64,000 nucleotides of DNA from an uncultured Rivularia sp. (GCA_963665115.1 OY762007.1:4864001-4928000); one strand, 5' to 3'. Shown: positions 9,587 to 19,432, counted from the first letter of the stretch. Notes: generated by a model from the letters alone, not told the origin. Program-made: numbers and translations.

Positions 9587-10528
9587 TCAACTAACAACCA
9601 ACGACAAAAACATACATTCCCAAACTAAACGCGGTTGCGCGTAAGAAAGTAAAGCTTTACGGGTTTTTTCAAGCTGTTGAATAATACTTGGTTGTCGGCT
9701 ATTTTGCCAATATGACTGTTGTAAATAATCAACTAACCATAACTGCGCTTCGTTATCTAATTCTTTATCAACTTGTTTCGCTAATTCCAATGCAGAGCGG
9801 TAACTTTTAGGTGCTTGAGTACAAAAGCGCAATAAATCAAGAGGAATATTTTGCATTTGTTCGTAAGCTTCAACCGCTTTTCCCGGACTTCCTGCTGCGA
9901 TACTTAAAACTGTAGGATGATTCAATATTTCGCTATGTCCCGATAATGCCAGTACTTGAGACATTGCGGCAGTATCTAAACAGTAAAAAGGAATTTTTTG
10001 ACACCGAGAAACCAATGTTGTCAAGATAGAATCGGGTGTTGGTGCAATCAAAATCAGCGTTGCTTTTCCCGGTTCTTCCAAGGTTTTGAGTAAAGCATTA
10101 GCAGCTGATTCTGCCATCGTTTCGGCTTGCTCCAACACTACTATATTTCTTGGCGCTTCTAAAGGTGGACGACTGAGAAATTCCGCTATTTGGCGAATTT
10201 GTTCTAAGCGAGTTATGGGGGGTGCTTTACGTTTTAACCCTTTTTCTGCGGCTTCTTCAGCACTGAATAATTTTCCTTGATGTAGATAAGTAGGCTGTAC
10301 CCAAAGTAAATCGGGATGATTCCTTTTTTCTATTTTGCTTTTAACAACAGTAATATCGCGATTATTTTGAGTAAACAGTAATTCCGAGAAGCATTTTGCA
10401 GTTAAACTTCGTCCGATTCCAGGAGAACCCACAAACAAATATGCTGGTGCAATTCTGTCTTTTGCAACAGCTTGTTTTAATAATTCTACAGCTTGGCTTT
10501 GTCCTATAAGCGGTGCGAAGGAATCCAT
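9587..10528 (-). CDS. holB: DNA polymerase III delta' subunit
   Basis: AYLFVGSPGIGR, HPDL, AANALLKTLEEP and SRCQ motifs; follows tmk. Confidence 0.95.
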   Translation of the reverse strand: MDSFAPLIGQSQAVELLKQAVAKDRIAPAYLFVGSPGIGRSLTAKCFSELLFTQNNRDITVVKSKIEKRNHPDLLWVQPTYLHQGKLFSAEEAAEKGLKRKAPPITRLEQIRQIAEFLSRPPLEAPRNIVVLEQAETMAESAANALLKTLEEPGKATLILIAPTPDSILTTLVSRCQKIPFYCLDTAAMSQVLALSGHSEILNHPTVLSIAAGSPGKAVEAYEQMQNIPLDLLRFCTQAPKSYRSALELAKQVDKELDNEAQLWLVDYLQQSYWQNSRQPSIIQQLEKTRKALLSYAQPRLVWECMFLSLVVS

Positions 10529-10563
10529 TTTCAGTTATCGCCATATATTCTACTAATGCCCAA

Positions 10564-11214
10564 TTAGCAATTACCAATCCCCCATTCTTCCAATTTAAAA
10601 GTTAATATTTGCTGAATTTGCTTTTGTACTTCTTCTTTACTCAAACCAGCTTCTATTCTAAAATTTCGTTCTGGAGATAAAGCTGCTTGTTCCTTATATC
10701 CTTTTTGGACGCGACGATGAAATTCAATTTTTTCTTGCTCGATTCTATCTGCTTTTTCGCCGGTTTTTCGCTTGCGTGCCATTCCTTGCTCAACGTCTAA
10801 GTCTAACCACAAAGTTAAGTCACTTTTCAATCCCGATGTTGCTATTAAGTTAAGTTGGTCGATTAAATTCATGTCTAAATTACGACCGTAACCTTGATAG
10901 GCTATCGTCGAATCAATATAGCGATCGCACAATATAATTTTTCCCGCTTCCAGATTCGGAAGCAGTTCTTGTTCTACGTGTTGAGAGCGATCGGCGGCGT
11001 ACAATAATAGTTCTGTGGTGGCACTTATTGCTTGATTTTGATTACTTTCCAACAACAAAGAGCGAAGATGCAATCCTAATTGAGTTCCCCCCGGTTCGCG
11101 AGTTGTTACCACGGCTATACTTAAACTTTGCATCCATTCATAACAAAGCTGCATTTGCGTAGTCTTACCGCAACCTTCTACCCCTTCAAAGACAATTAGT
11201 TTACCTTTCATCAC
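10564..11214 (-). CDS. tmk: Thymidylate kinase
   Basis: FEGVEGCGKTT, TREPGGT, LLYAADRSQH and CDRYIDSTIAYQGYG motifs. Confidence 0.97.
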   Translation of the reverse strand: MMKGKLIVFEGVEGCGKTTQMQLCYEWMQSLSIAVVTTREPGGTQLGLHLRSLLLESNQNQAISATTELLLYAADRSQHVEQELLPNLEAGKIILCDRYIDSTIAYQGYGRNLDMNLIDQLNLIATSGLKSDLTLWLDLDVEQGMARKRKTGEKADRIEQEKIEFHRRVQKGYKEQAALSPERNFRIEAGLSKEEVQKQIQQILTFKLEEWGIGNC

Positions 11215-11261
11215 GTTAAAGTCTGCTGCCAGTAACTCTTTAACATACCACCTTTACCTTA

Positions 11262-11950
11262 CTAATACTCCACCACATTAATTTTGCGGGGTTCTAAGCA
11301 GTCGATTAAAAAAAAACCGCAGAGGGCGCAGAGTACGCTAAGGAAGAGGAAAGAGAGAATTAATTCGAGAGGAATAAAATTGATGTTATCTAGCAAAACT
11401 TATATGGTGGAGTACTAATAATCCTTTTCATTAATTTTAACGGGTTGTAGAGACGTTATACATAACGTCTCCCGAAGGTTACGGGAAAAACGAACCCTTC
11501 AGAATTTATGCAATCAACTACTAATATTCCACCACATTAGTTTTGCGGGGTACGTAGTTGCGCTTCAGCGCCTCATATTCCTGTATCCGGAGGCGCTGAA
11601 GCGCAACTACGAACAATTATTAACCCCGCAAAATTAATGTGGTTGGGTACTAATAGTCCTTTGCATTAATTCTGAGGGGTACGTTTTCGACCTAACGTCG
11701 GGAGACGTAGCACTGCTACGTCTCTACAACCCATTAAAACAAATGAAAAGGACTACTAATAGTCCTTTTCATAAATTCTGAGGGGTACGTTTTCGACCTA
11801 ACGTCGGGAGACGTAGCACTGCTACGTCTCTACAACCCATTAAAACAAATGAAAAGGACTACTAATACTTCACCACATTAATTTTGATGGGTATCCGGGA
11901 GTGCAAGCCGGAAAGCTCGCTGGTTGTCACGAACGAGACGCTCCCACTAT
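11262..11950. mobile_element. Tandem array of six MITE-like cassettes delimited by CTAA
   Basis: CTAA at 11262, 11415, 11521, 11650, 11756 and 11862. Units 11266-11414 and 11525-11649 have TA(C/T)TCCACCACATTA TIRs; 11866- has only the left TIR; 11419-11520, 11654-11755 and 11760-11861 are 102-bp units with TAGTCCTTT-type TIRs. Confidence 0.8.
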
Positions 11951-12057
11951 GAGAAATCAAAGAAAGTAAATAGCAAACATCTCGAAAAAAAGTAAAAATC
12001 AAAACAGTTTTTAGCTTTTACCTTTCAACTTTCACAATCTCTCTTTCTCTTTCTAGC

Positions 12058-12381
12058 TCAGAGATACTGTGTTAAAGTTTTAATTAAGGTTGTTTTTGGT
12101 ACTGCACCCACAACCGTATCGACTTGCCGACCGCCTTTAAATACTATCAGCGTTGGAATGCTGCGAATACCATAGTGACTAGCAACAGTGGGATTTTGGT
12201 CTGTGTTGAGTTTCACCACTTTAACTTGTCCTTCGTATTCCCCAGCAACTTCATCTACTACCGGAGCAACCATTCGACAAGGACCGCACCAAGGTGCCCA
12301 AAAGTCTACCAGTACAGGAACTTGGCTTTCGAGGACTTCTTGCTTAAAAGTGGCTTCTGTCACATTCGTAATGGATGACAT
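12058..12381 (-). CDS. trxA: Thioredoxin (TrxA2-type)
   Basis: [11 protein letters not shown] active site; divergent from an ArsR regulator. Confidence 0.95.
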   Translation of the reverse strand: MSSITNVTEATFKQEVLESQVPVLVDFWAPWCGPCRMVAPVVDEVAGEYEGQVKVVKLNTDQNPTVASHYGIRSIPTLIVFKGGRQVDTVVGAVPKTTLIKTLTQYL

Positions 12382-12411
12382 ACTTGTCCTCCTATTAATA
12401 TTATTTCTATA

Positions 12412-12428
12412 ATTCGAGAAAATCGAAT
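12412..12428. promoter_or_regulatory. Palindromic candidate operator between trxA and rexT
   Basis: ATTCGA-gaaaa-TCGAAT. Confidence 0.55.
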
Positions 12429-12465
12429 AATTAAAATATAGACCTTTTTAAGACAACCTGCAACA

Positions 12466-12804
12466 ATGAGATTTCTTTATCATCCAGAGCAAAAAAATAT
12501 ATCTTTAGCGGGAGTGCTTTATGCGTTAGGGGACCCTGTTAGATTAGAGATTGTCCGACAGTTAGCCACGAAAAAAGAGCAATGCTGTGGGGACTTCGAT
12601 TTTGCGATCGCGAAGTCAACAATGTCTAATCACTTCAAAATATTGCGAGAGTCAGGGTTAGTATTAACTAGAAAAGAAGGCACCCAGCACATAAACACTC
12701 TGCGAATTGAAGATTTAGAAGAATTATTTCCAGGGCTATTGGAAGCCATATTGAATTCCGCTCAACCATTCATCATCCCTCAGAAAGAAGCTGTTATCAG
12801 TTAA
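12466..12804 (+). CDS. rexT: ArsR/SmtB family redox-sensing repressor, RexT-like
   Basis: LYALGDPVRLEIV, vicinal Cys40-Cys41, KSTMSNHFKILRESG; divergent from thioredoxin as in Anabaena trxA2/rexT. Confidence 0.8.
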   Translation: MRFLYHPEQKNISLAGVLYALGDPVRLEIVRQLATKKEQCCGDFDFAIAKSTMSNHFKILRESGLVLTRKEGTQHINTLRIEDLEELFPGLLEAILNSAQPFIIPQKEAVIS

Positions 12805-12844
12805 CAGTGGGCAGTAAACAGTGGACAGTTATCAATCATTATTA

Positions 12845-12940
12845 ACTCCCTACTTTCTACTCCCTACTTTCTACTCCCTACTTTCTACTCCCTACTTTCT
12901 ACTCCCTACTTTCTACTCCCTACTTTCTACTCCCTACTTG
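12845..12940. repeat. STRR tandem repeat (CTCCCTA/CTTTCTA alternating)
   Basis: 14-bp period ctccctactttcta, about 6.5 copies, between convergent genes. Confidence 0.9.
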
Positions 12941-13764
12941 CTACTCTTAACCGTGTTCGTAAAGTCGCTCAATCCTAATTTTGCATTGTTGAAGCTAGCA
13001 TTGGTGAGATCGGAGCCTTGGAATGATGTTACTGAATAAGTAGTAATTTCTTTAATGGCGTAGCGAAGGGAAATTAGAGTGAATCCAATATAAGTTAATG
13101 ATAAAAAGCTTAAACTAAATCCCCATATAAGATTTTGAGTACTTAGAAAAGCAATTGCTCTTGTTCCTGCTAAAAAACCAAATGCATAGCTGTAAATTGT
13201 TCCTGCTATAGATAAAGTAATTGGGATAAACCCTTTTTTAAAATAAAAGCTGCTAATTGCCATTATTAATGCTGCAATAACAGCAGAGGCAATTGCTACT
13301 TGTGGATTTTTTCCACCAGCAGCGGTTCCACCATAAAAGAATCCTAAAATAGATCCTGAAGTTGCACCGGAAATAATTGTAGTAATACGTTTAAAAATAG
13401 ATTTTCTTTCAGTTAAACTCATTGCAGCAGAGGCTATACCGGCAATAGCTAAGCTAATAGATAAAGCAATAGCATATACCCAAACTGGACTTTCAGGAGT
13501 TCTTTCTATGACTCCAAATGCCATTTTACTAACCGCATGAAAGACTATGATAGTTGTTATAAAAGTGATAGCTATTAAAGATAAAAATATTTTAGTTGTT
13601 TGACCTGCTTTAATATGATCAAAATTAGCTCCTCGCAATAAACTATTACTAAAATCGCAACCGCGAACATCGGATGCATTGAAGTTAGCACCATTAAGAT
13701 TTTGACCTTTGAAAGAACGCTTTCTTAAATCTTGATTGCTAAAATTAAAATTTTCAGAGTTCAT
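12934..13764 (-). CDS. Pentapeptide repeat membrane protein
   Basis: DLRKRSFKGQNLNGANFNASDVRGCDFS repeats flanking several TM helices. Confidence 0.85.
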   Translation of the reverse strand: MNSENFNFSNQDLRKRSFKGQNLNGANFNASDVRGCDFSNSLLRGANFDHIKAGQTTKIFLSLIAITFITTIIVFHAVSKMAFGVIERTPESPVWVYAIALSISLAIAGIASAAMSLTERKSIFKRITTIISGATSGSILGFFYGGTAAGGKNPQVAIASAVIAALIMAISSFYFKKGFIPITLSIAGTIYSYAFGFLAGTRAIAFLSTQNLIWGFSLSFLSLTYIGFTLISLRYAIKEITTYSVTSFQGSDLTNASFNNAKLGLSDFTNTVKSSK

Positions 13765-13836
13765 GTTATCAGTTATCAAACGTAAAATACTCAATACTTT
13801 CTACTCCCTGTTGCCCGTTCCCTATTCCTTTTTTCA

Positions 13837-14748
13837 ATGAATAGTTCTACAAATCAAAGCCAATTTCTATATTCAAACAAATTCATATTTACAACTGCAA
13901 CGGGTTTTCTACTATTATTACCGCTGATACTTTATGGTTGGCGATGTTTTTCGCGTCCACCTCAAACTGATTCAGAAGAGAAATTATTCAAAGGTATTGT
14001 CTACAAACGTAATTTTGGTTTGACAGCACGTCCGGCAATCGTTCATATTGTGACTATTGATTTATCAGTGCCAGGGGTGAAAGTGCTGGTAACTCCACCA
14101 CGAGCTATCGATCAAAATAGTACTTTAGCGCAAACTACTTCACAATTTGTGCAAAAATTTAAACTTCAATTAGCTATAAATGCTAATTATTTTCATCCTT
14201 TCCGCGAAAAAACTCCTTGGGATTATTATCCTCATAATGGAGATGTTACCTATGCTATAGGACAAGCAATTTCTAATGGAAAGCGTTATTCAAAAGCCGA
14301 TCCGAAATGGGCAGTTTTATGTATTGTTCAAAACAACCGCGCCCAAATTTTAGAAACTGGAAATTGTCCTAAAAATACGCTTCAAGGTGTTGCGGGAAAA
14401 GATGTGTTTATTAATAATGGTAAACCTGTAAAATTAAACTCCGAGCCAGATAAACCTTACCCACGGGTGGCAGTTGCGACTAATAAACAAGGAAATATTC
14501 TTTGGCTGATTGCTGTTGATGGGAAACAGCCACTTTACAGCGAAGGAGCCACGATGGCGGAGTTGACACGAATTGTTCAAGGTTTGGGCGCATATACAGC
14601 TTTGAATTTAGATGGTGGGGGTTCAACCACTTTAGTCATAACAAAGAATAATAAACCAAAGCTATTAAATGCACCAATTCATACTAAACTACCAATGCGC
14701 GAACGTCCGGTTGCTAATCAGTTGGGTTTTTACGCAGATCGCCTGTAA
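13837..14748 (+). CDS. Phosphodiester glycosidase (NAGPA/DUF2233) family protein
   Basis: AINANYF, PRVAVA, VDGKQP, ALNLDGGGSTT and RPVAN motifs. Confidence 0.88.
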   Translation: MNSSTNQSQFLYSNKFIFTTATGFLLLLPLILYGWRCFSRPPQTDSEEKLFKGIVYKRNFGLTARPAIVHIVTIDLSVPGVKVLVTPPRAIDQNSTLAQTTSQFVQKFKLQLAINANYFHPFREKTPWDYYPHNGDVTYAIGQAISNGKRYSKADPKWAVLCIVQNNRAQILETGNCPKNTLQGVAGKDVFINNGKPVKLNSEPDKPYPRVAVATNKQGNILWLIAVDGKQPLYSEGATMAELTRIVQGLGAYTALNLDGGGSTTLVITKNNKPKLLNAPIHTKLPMRERPVANQLGFYADRL

Positions 14749-14910
14749 TTTAAGTGTCTCTGAAATATTCAGTAATTGTAAATTGAGTTACTTGACTCTC
14801 ACGTAGTCAATAAATTAATTAAATGATTATTACAAACCATTGGTAGTCGATGCGTTGTAAAAAATCAAAAGCTAAACTAGTACCGTACTCAGAATTAAAG
14901 GACTAATAAA

Positions 14911-15516
14911 ATGATTCAAGAGCGCGACTATACATTAATTATTGATAAAAGCGGTAGTATGTCAACTCCAGATCAAGCTGGTGGTAAAAGTCGATGGGAG
15001 ATAATGCAAGAATCTACCCTTGCTTTGGCTAGAAAGTGCGAGCAGTTCGATCCAGACGGGATGACTGTTTACCTGTTTTCCGGTAGATTTAAGCGTTTTG
15101 AGGATGTGACTTCAGATAAAGTAGCGCAAATATTCATGGAAAACGATCCAGCCGGTACTACCGATTTAGCGGGTGTTCTCAAAGATGCTACCGATGATTA
15201 CTTCAAGCGTAAAGCAGCAAACCAAACTAAGCCCAACGGCGAAACGATTTTAGTTGTTACAGATGGCGAACCTGACGATAGAAAAGCAGTTTTTGAGGTA
15301 ATTGTCAATGCTTCCCGTCAGATGGAGAAAGATGAAGAATTAGGAATCTCTATCGTTCAAGTTGGTAGTGATGCTCAAGCAACAAAATTTCTTAAAGCTT
15401 TAGACGATCAAATGGAATCGATTGGCGCAAAATTTGATATTTGCGACACTGTAACTTTCGATGATATGGAAGATATGAGTCTTGCAGAGATATTAACTAA
15501 TGCAATTACTGATTAG
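14911..15516 (+). CDS. Stand-alone vWA domain protein, paralog 1
   Basis: MIDAS DKSGSM, GTT and VVTDGEP motifs; 201 aa. Confidence 0.9.
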   Translation: MIQERDYTLIIDKSGSMSTPDQAGGKSRWEIMQESTLALARKCEQFDPDGMTVYLFSGRFKRFEDVTSDKVAQIFMENDPAGTTDLAGVLKDATDDYFKRKAANQTKPNGETILVVTDGEPDDRKAVFEVIVNASRQMEKDEELGISIVQVGSDAQATKFLKALDDQMESIGAKFDICDTVTFDDMEDMSLAEILTNAITD

Positions 15517-15574
15517 GTAATTGGTAATTGGTGATAGTAATAAATAGATCAATTAGCTTACAGGAAAATGAATT

Positions 15575-16180
15575 ATGTTAGAAAATCGCGACTATACCTT
15601 AATTATTGATAAAAGCGGTAGTATGTCAACTCCCGATCAAGCAAGTGGTAAAAGTAGATGGGAAGTAATGCAAGAATCTACTCTTGCTTTGGCTAGAAAA
15701 TGCGAAAAATTAGATCCTGATGGGATGACGGTTTATCTATTTTCCGGTAAATTTAAGCGTTTTGACGATGTGACTTCCGATAAAGTCGCGCAAATATTTA
15801 TGGAAAACGATCCTGCGGGTACGACTAATTTAGCGGGAGTTCTCAAAGATGCTACAGATAATTATTTTAAGCGTAAAGCAGCAGGTCAAACCAAAGCCAA
15901 CGGGGAAACAATTATAGTTGTAACTGATGGTGAACCCGACAATAGGAAAGCAGTTTTTGAAGTAATTGTTAATGCTTCCCAGCAGATGGAAAAAGATGAA
16001 GAATTAGGAATCTCTCTTGTTCAAGTTGGTAGGGATGCTCAAGCAATGAAGTTTCTTAAAGCTTTAGACGATCAAATGGAATCAATTGGTGCAAAGTTTG
16101 ATATTTGCGACACCATAACTTTTGATGATATGGAAGATATGAGTCTTACAGAGATATTAACTAATGCAATTACTGATTAA
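15575..16180 (+). CDS. Stand-alone vWA domain protein, paralog 2
   Basis: DKSGSM and TDGEP motifs; 201 aa, very close to paralog 1. Confidence 0.9.
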   Translation: MLENRDYTLIIDKSGSMSTPDQASGKSRWEVMQESTLALARKCEKLDPDGMTVYLFSGKFKRFDDVTSDKVAQIFMENDPAGTTNLAGVLKDATDNYFKRKAAGQTKANGETIIVVTDGEPDNRKAVFEVIVNASQQMEKDEELGISLVQVGRDAQAMKFLKALDDQMESIGAKFDICDTITFDDMEDMSLTEILTNAITD

Positions 16181-16249
16181 TTAGGGAATAGAGAACAGGG
16201 AACAGGGAAAAGTGAATACTAATAAATAAATTAAGAGGAGAATTGATCG

Positions 16250-16855
16250 ATGTTAGAAAATCGTGATTACACTTTAATTATTGATAAAAGTGGTAGCATG
16301 GCAACCCCCGACCAAAAAGGTGGTAGAACTAGATGGGTAGCAGCAGAGGAATCAACCTTTGCTTTAGCGAGTAAATGCGAACAGTTCGATCCAGATGGTA
16401 TTACCATTTATACATTTTCTGGGCGATTTAAAAGATATGAAAATGTTACATCCAAGAAAGTGATGCAGATTTTTCAGGAAAACGATCCCTCCGGAACTAC
16501 CGATTTAGCTTCAGTATTAAAACACGCTACAGATAATTATTTTCAACGCAAAGCTGCGGGTGAAACAAAGGAAAATGGTGAGACAATCTTAGTAATTACC
16601 GATGGCGAACCCGATGACAGAAAAGCGGTGATGAAAGTGATTATTGAAACTTCTCGTCGTATGGATAAAGATGAGGAATTAGCAATTTCCTTTATTCAAG
16701 TTGGAACCGATCCTCATGCAACTCGCTTTCTCAAAGTCTTGGATGACGAAATGCAAAGTGCAGGAGCTAAGTTTGATATCTGTGACACGATTACAATGGA
16801 TGATATGGAAGACTACAGTCTTTCAGAAGTATTGCTAAATGCAATTATTGATTAG
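16250..16855 (+). CDS. Stand-alone vWA domain protein, paralog 3
   Basis: DKSGSM and TDGEP motifs; 201 aa, more divergent. Confidence 0.9.
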   Translation: MLENRDYTLIIDKSGSMATPDQKGGRTRWVAAEESTFALASKCEQFDPDGITIYTFSGRFKRYENVTSKKVMQIFQENDPSGTTDLASVLKHATDNYFQRKAAGETKENGETILVITDGEPDDRKAVMKVIIETSRRMDKDEELAISFIQVGTDPHATRFLKVLDDEMQSAGAKFDICDTITMDDMEDYSLSEVLLNAIID

Positions 16856-16882
16856 TTATTGCCATTAATCGGAATTAAACCA

Positions 16883-17320
16883 ATGGATTCCATCGATAAA
16901 ATTTTGTCCGAGCTTCAAGCTGAATATCAACAATCAGCTAATTCTCAATCTGGGAAAACAGAGGAAGTAAAGAAGGTTAAACAAGTAAAGAAAGTAAAGC
17001 TTGATTCATCTCCACCTTCCTCACTTTTTACATCATCATCAAAAGGAGATGTAATTGATAATATATTAGCTGAAGTTAAACAAGATATTGAAGAAAAAGA
17101 AGTTTTAGAAGAACAACAAAAACAGCAAGAGCTTGAAGAAGAACGAATTCGACAAGAAAAAATTAAAGCAAAGCAATTAGAAGCCTTAAAAGCTCAAGCT
17201 CAACAGTGGTTACAAAAATTAGAACCATTATCTACCGAAGGAATGTGGTTTGAAACTTTTGCTAAAAGCTACCCTTCTAAATTAGAAGCAGCAATTGAGT
17301 ATTTAAGCAGTGAGCAGTGA
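16883..17320 (+). CDS. Coiled-coil protein, Slr1339-like salt-stress family
   Basis: MDSIDKILSEL start, Q/E-rich coil, WLQKLEPLSTEGMWFETFAKSYPSKLEAAIEYL C-terminus. Confidence 0.7.
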   Translation: MDSIDKILSELQAEYQQSANSQSGKTEEVKKVKQVKKVKLDSSPPSSLFTSSSKGDVIDNILAEVKQDIEEKEVLEEQQKQQELEEERIRQEKIKAKQLEALKAQAQQWLQKLEPLSTEGMWFETFAKSYPSKLEAAIEYLSSEQ

Positions 17321-17694
17321 TCGAGTACTATTTAATAGTAAAAAATCAACTTTTTGCTATACATAGCACTCTATCGCAACCCTAAATTAGTTGAAAAAAA
17401 ATTATGCTTATTTATATATAAAGTAGTGCGCTAGCGCAGCGTGTCCGACAGGACATGCATCTTGCTCGCTATTGCCTATATATAAATTGTCCGAATTTAA
17501 GCTGCTCGCAAACCTATTTTTTTGAAAAAGACTGAATTTATTAATTATCAAAAATAGCGAATACTTTATTTATTTATATATTTATTTATTTATTAGATTA
17601 ATTTTGTACGGCTATTGTTTACAAACGAACCCTATTTTTCATCTAAATACTGATAATTGATAATTGATAATTGATAATTGTTAACTGCTCACTG

Positions 17695-18027
17695 CTAACT
17701 GCTGACTGTTAAATGCTTCGCTCCCCATTCATGCATTGCATTGAGAATTGGTTGCAAACTTTCTCCTAAAGATGTCAGCGAATATTCTACTTTTGGGGGA
17801 ATTTCAGCATAAACTTCGCGATGTACGATTCCATCTTGTTCCATTTCTCTTAATTGCTGGGTTAGCATTTTTTGAGTGACTCCAGGTAAAGCACGCTGTA
17901 ATTCTCCAAAGCGTCTTATACCTAATAGTAATTCTCTAATAATCAATACCTTCCAGCGCCCTCCTATTATTTGAAGCGTTGTTTCTACTTCACAGCTAAC
18001 TATCTTTTTAGGGTTTTCCGCTTTCAT
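17695..18027 (-). CDS. HxlR family winged-helix regulator
   Basis: [33 protein letters not shown] and PPKVEYSLT motifs. Confidence 0.92.
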   Translation of the reverse strand: MKAENPKKIVSCEVETTLQIIGGRWKVLIIRELLLGIRRFGELQRALPGVTQKMLTQQLREMEQDGIVHREVYAEIPPKVEYSLTSLGESLQPILNAMHEWGAKHLTVSS

Positions 18028-18224
18028 TTTTATAGTTACTTTTTGGTAAGTATCTGACTTTTAAGTGGGTACTTTACATCATACCTTTATGTGGGTTAAG
18101 GTTGAGCCGGTATTAGTTAGATGACAAAACAATTAGTACAAATCATCAGCTTATTCAAGTCGAATGCTTTAAAATAAATTGCATTTTGGCTAAAAGTTTG
18201 CTGTCATTTTTTGAGGAGAACACT

Positions 18225-18461
18225 ATGAATCAACCTGTAATTGCCGATAAAAAACCTGCCGTAATGGAATTAGAAGCCGGTACTTATTACTGGTGTAGCT
18301 GCGGTAAGTCTAAAAACCAATCTTTTTGCGATGGTTCTCATAAAGGTAGTGAATTTACACCAGTTGCTTTTGAAGTAACGGAGAAAAAATCTGTAGCAGT
18401 ATGTAACTGCAAGCATACTAGCAATCCACCCTATTGTGATGGTTCTCATAGCAAACTTTAA
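18225..18461 (+). CDS. CDGSH iron-sulfur protein with two CDGSH motifs
   Basis: WCSCGKSKNQSFCDGSH and CNCKHTSNPPYCDGSH; GAGGAG RBS before ATG 18225. Confidence 0.92.
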   Translation: MNQPVIADKKPAVMELEAGTYYWCSCGKSKNQSFCDGSHKGSEFTPVAFEVTEKKSVAVCNCKHTSNPPYCDGSHSKL

Positions 18462-18645
18462 TTAATTCCGAATCTAAAACTCAGGAACCCGGTATTGTTA
18501 AATATATCGCGTTTCGGAGTTTTTATCAGTTGAAACTTTTTTAATCATTTAATGAAAATTTCTCTAAAATCAATCAAATATTGAGCAGTAATCAACATAA
18601 ATTGACCGGCATAATCAATTAGTAACTTGTAATTAGAGACAAATT

Positions 18646-19146
18646 TTATCTAGAAGTAAAGTTTAAAAACTTACTCACAATATTATCAACAGAACGTTTT
18701 AGTTGATTCTTGCGATACCATCTTTGAAAAGCTGCTTCATACTCTTCACCTTTCATTTGAAAAGTATTCCAGCCATCCAAACCTACAAACAGCCCCCAAA
18801 ATAGTACAATATAAAGCGCCCAGTTAATACCTCCACCCGTAAGCAAATCCAGCGAGACTAAAAAAGTATTAACAATCGCGTAATTGCCAGCACGCTTTTT
18901 GAATCTTCTTTTACGATGGACATTAAATGCTTGTCTGTGCTGAATTTCACCTTGTTTTGTTACCCAATCTGCTTCTGCTAAATTAAGAGTTTCCAGGGAG
19001 ATATCTAACTCCGCAGCGATTTCCAAAAGCACCTCGTGAGAAAACTCCTTATCATCATCAACTTGACGTGCGATCGCCAACTGCAAAATCTGCTGTACGT
19101 CTTCTTGGCTATAACAACGACTAATTTTATCTCCCGAATTCGTCAT
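18646..19146 (-). CDS. 2TM domain-containing protein
   Basis: YSQEDVQQILQLAIARQ, LLEIAAELDI, two TM helices ending FWGL. Confidence 0.8.
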   Translation of the reverse strand: MTNSGDKISRCYSQEDVQQILQLAIARQVDDDKEFSHEVLLEIAAELDISLETLNLAEADWVTKQGEIQHRQAFNVHRKRRFKKRAGNYAIVNTFLVSLDLLTGGGINWALYIVLFWGLFVGLDGWNTFQMKGEEYEAAFQRWYRKNQLKRSVDNIVSKFLNFTSR

Positions 19147-19324
19147 ACTTATAATCTCTTCTATTACTTTTAATAGAGAATTTCTTCTTTTAGCACACAG
19201 AGTACTGCTATTACCTCTAGAGTAACAAATCAATCAGTTGAATTTTGGATTTTGGATTTTGGATTTTGGATTGAAAGTTATGAGTTAGGAGTAGTGAGTA
19301 GTGAGTAAGGAATTAGGGGTTAGT

Positions 19325-19432
19325 TACTCCCATTCCGCTTTAAGATTACTTATCTCTCTTTATCTCTTTCCTCTAGGCTCTCAGCGTCTCTGCGGTTTTT
19401 ATAATCGGTAATCTTCTGCCAGGAAGGGAGTA
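19325..19432. mobile_element. Small MITE-like element
   Basis: TACTCCC...GGGAGTA termini; cargo (tatctctctttatctct...ctctgcggttttt) also at about 2024-2074 and, inverted, in array unit 1. Confidence 0.5.

Noticed and set aside
11262..11950. CRISPR array
   Set aside because: Units are 102-149 bp with terminal inverted repeats from two families in mixed orientation; there is no constant repeat-spacer period and no cas genes
12821..13039. 72-aa ORF (also the 38799-39061 ORFs)
   Set aside because: Derived from STRR repeats and antisense overlap
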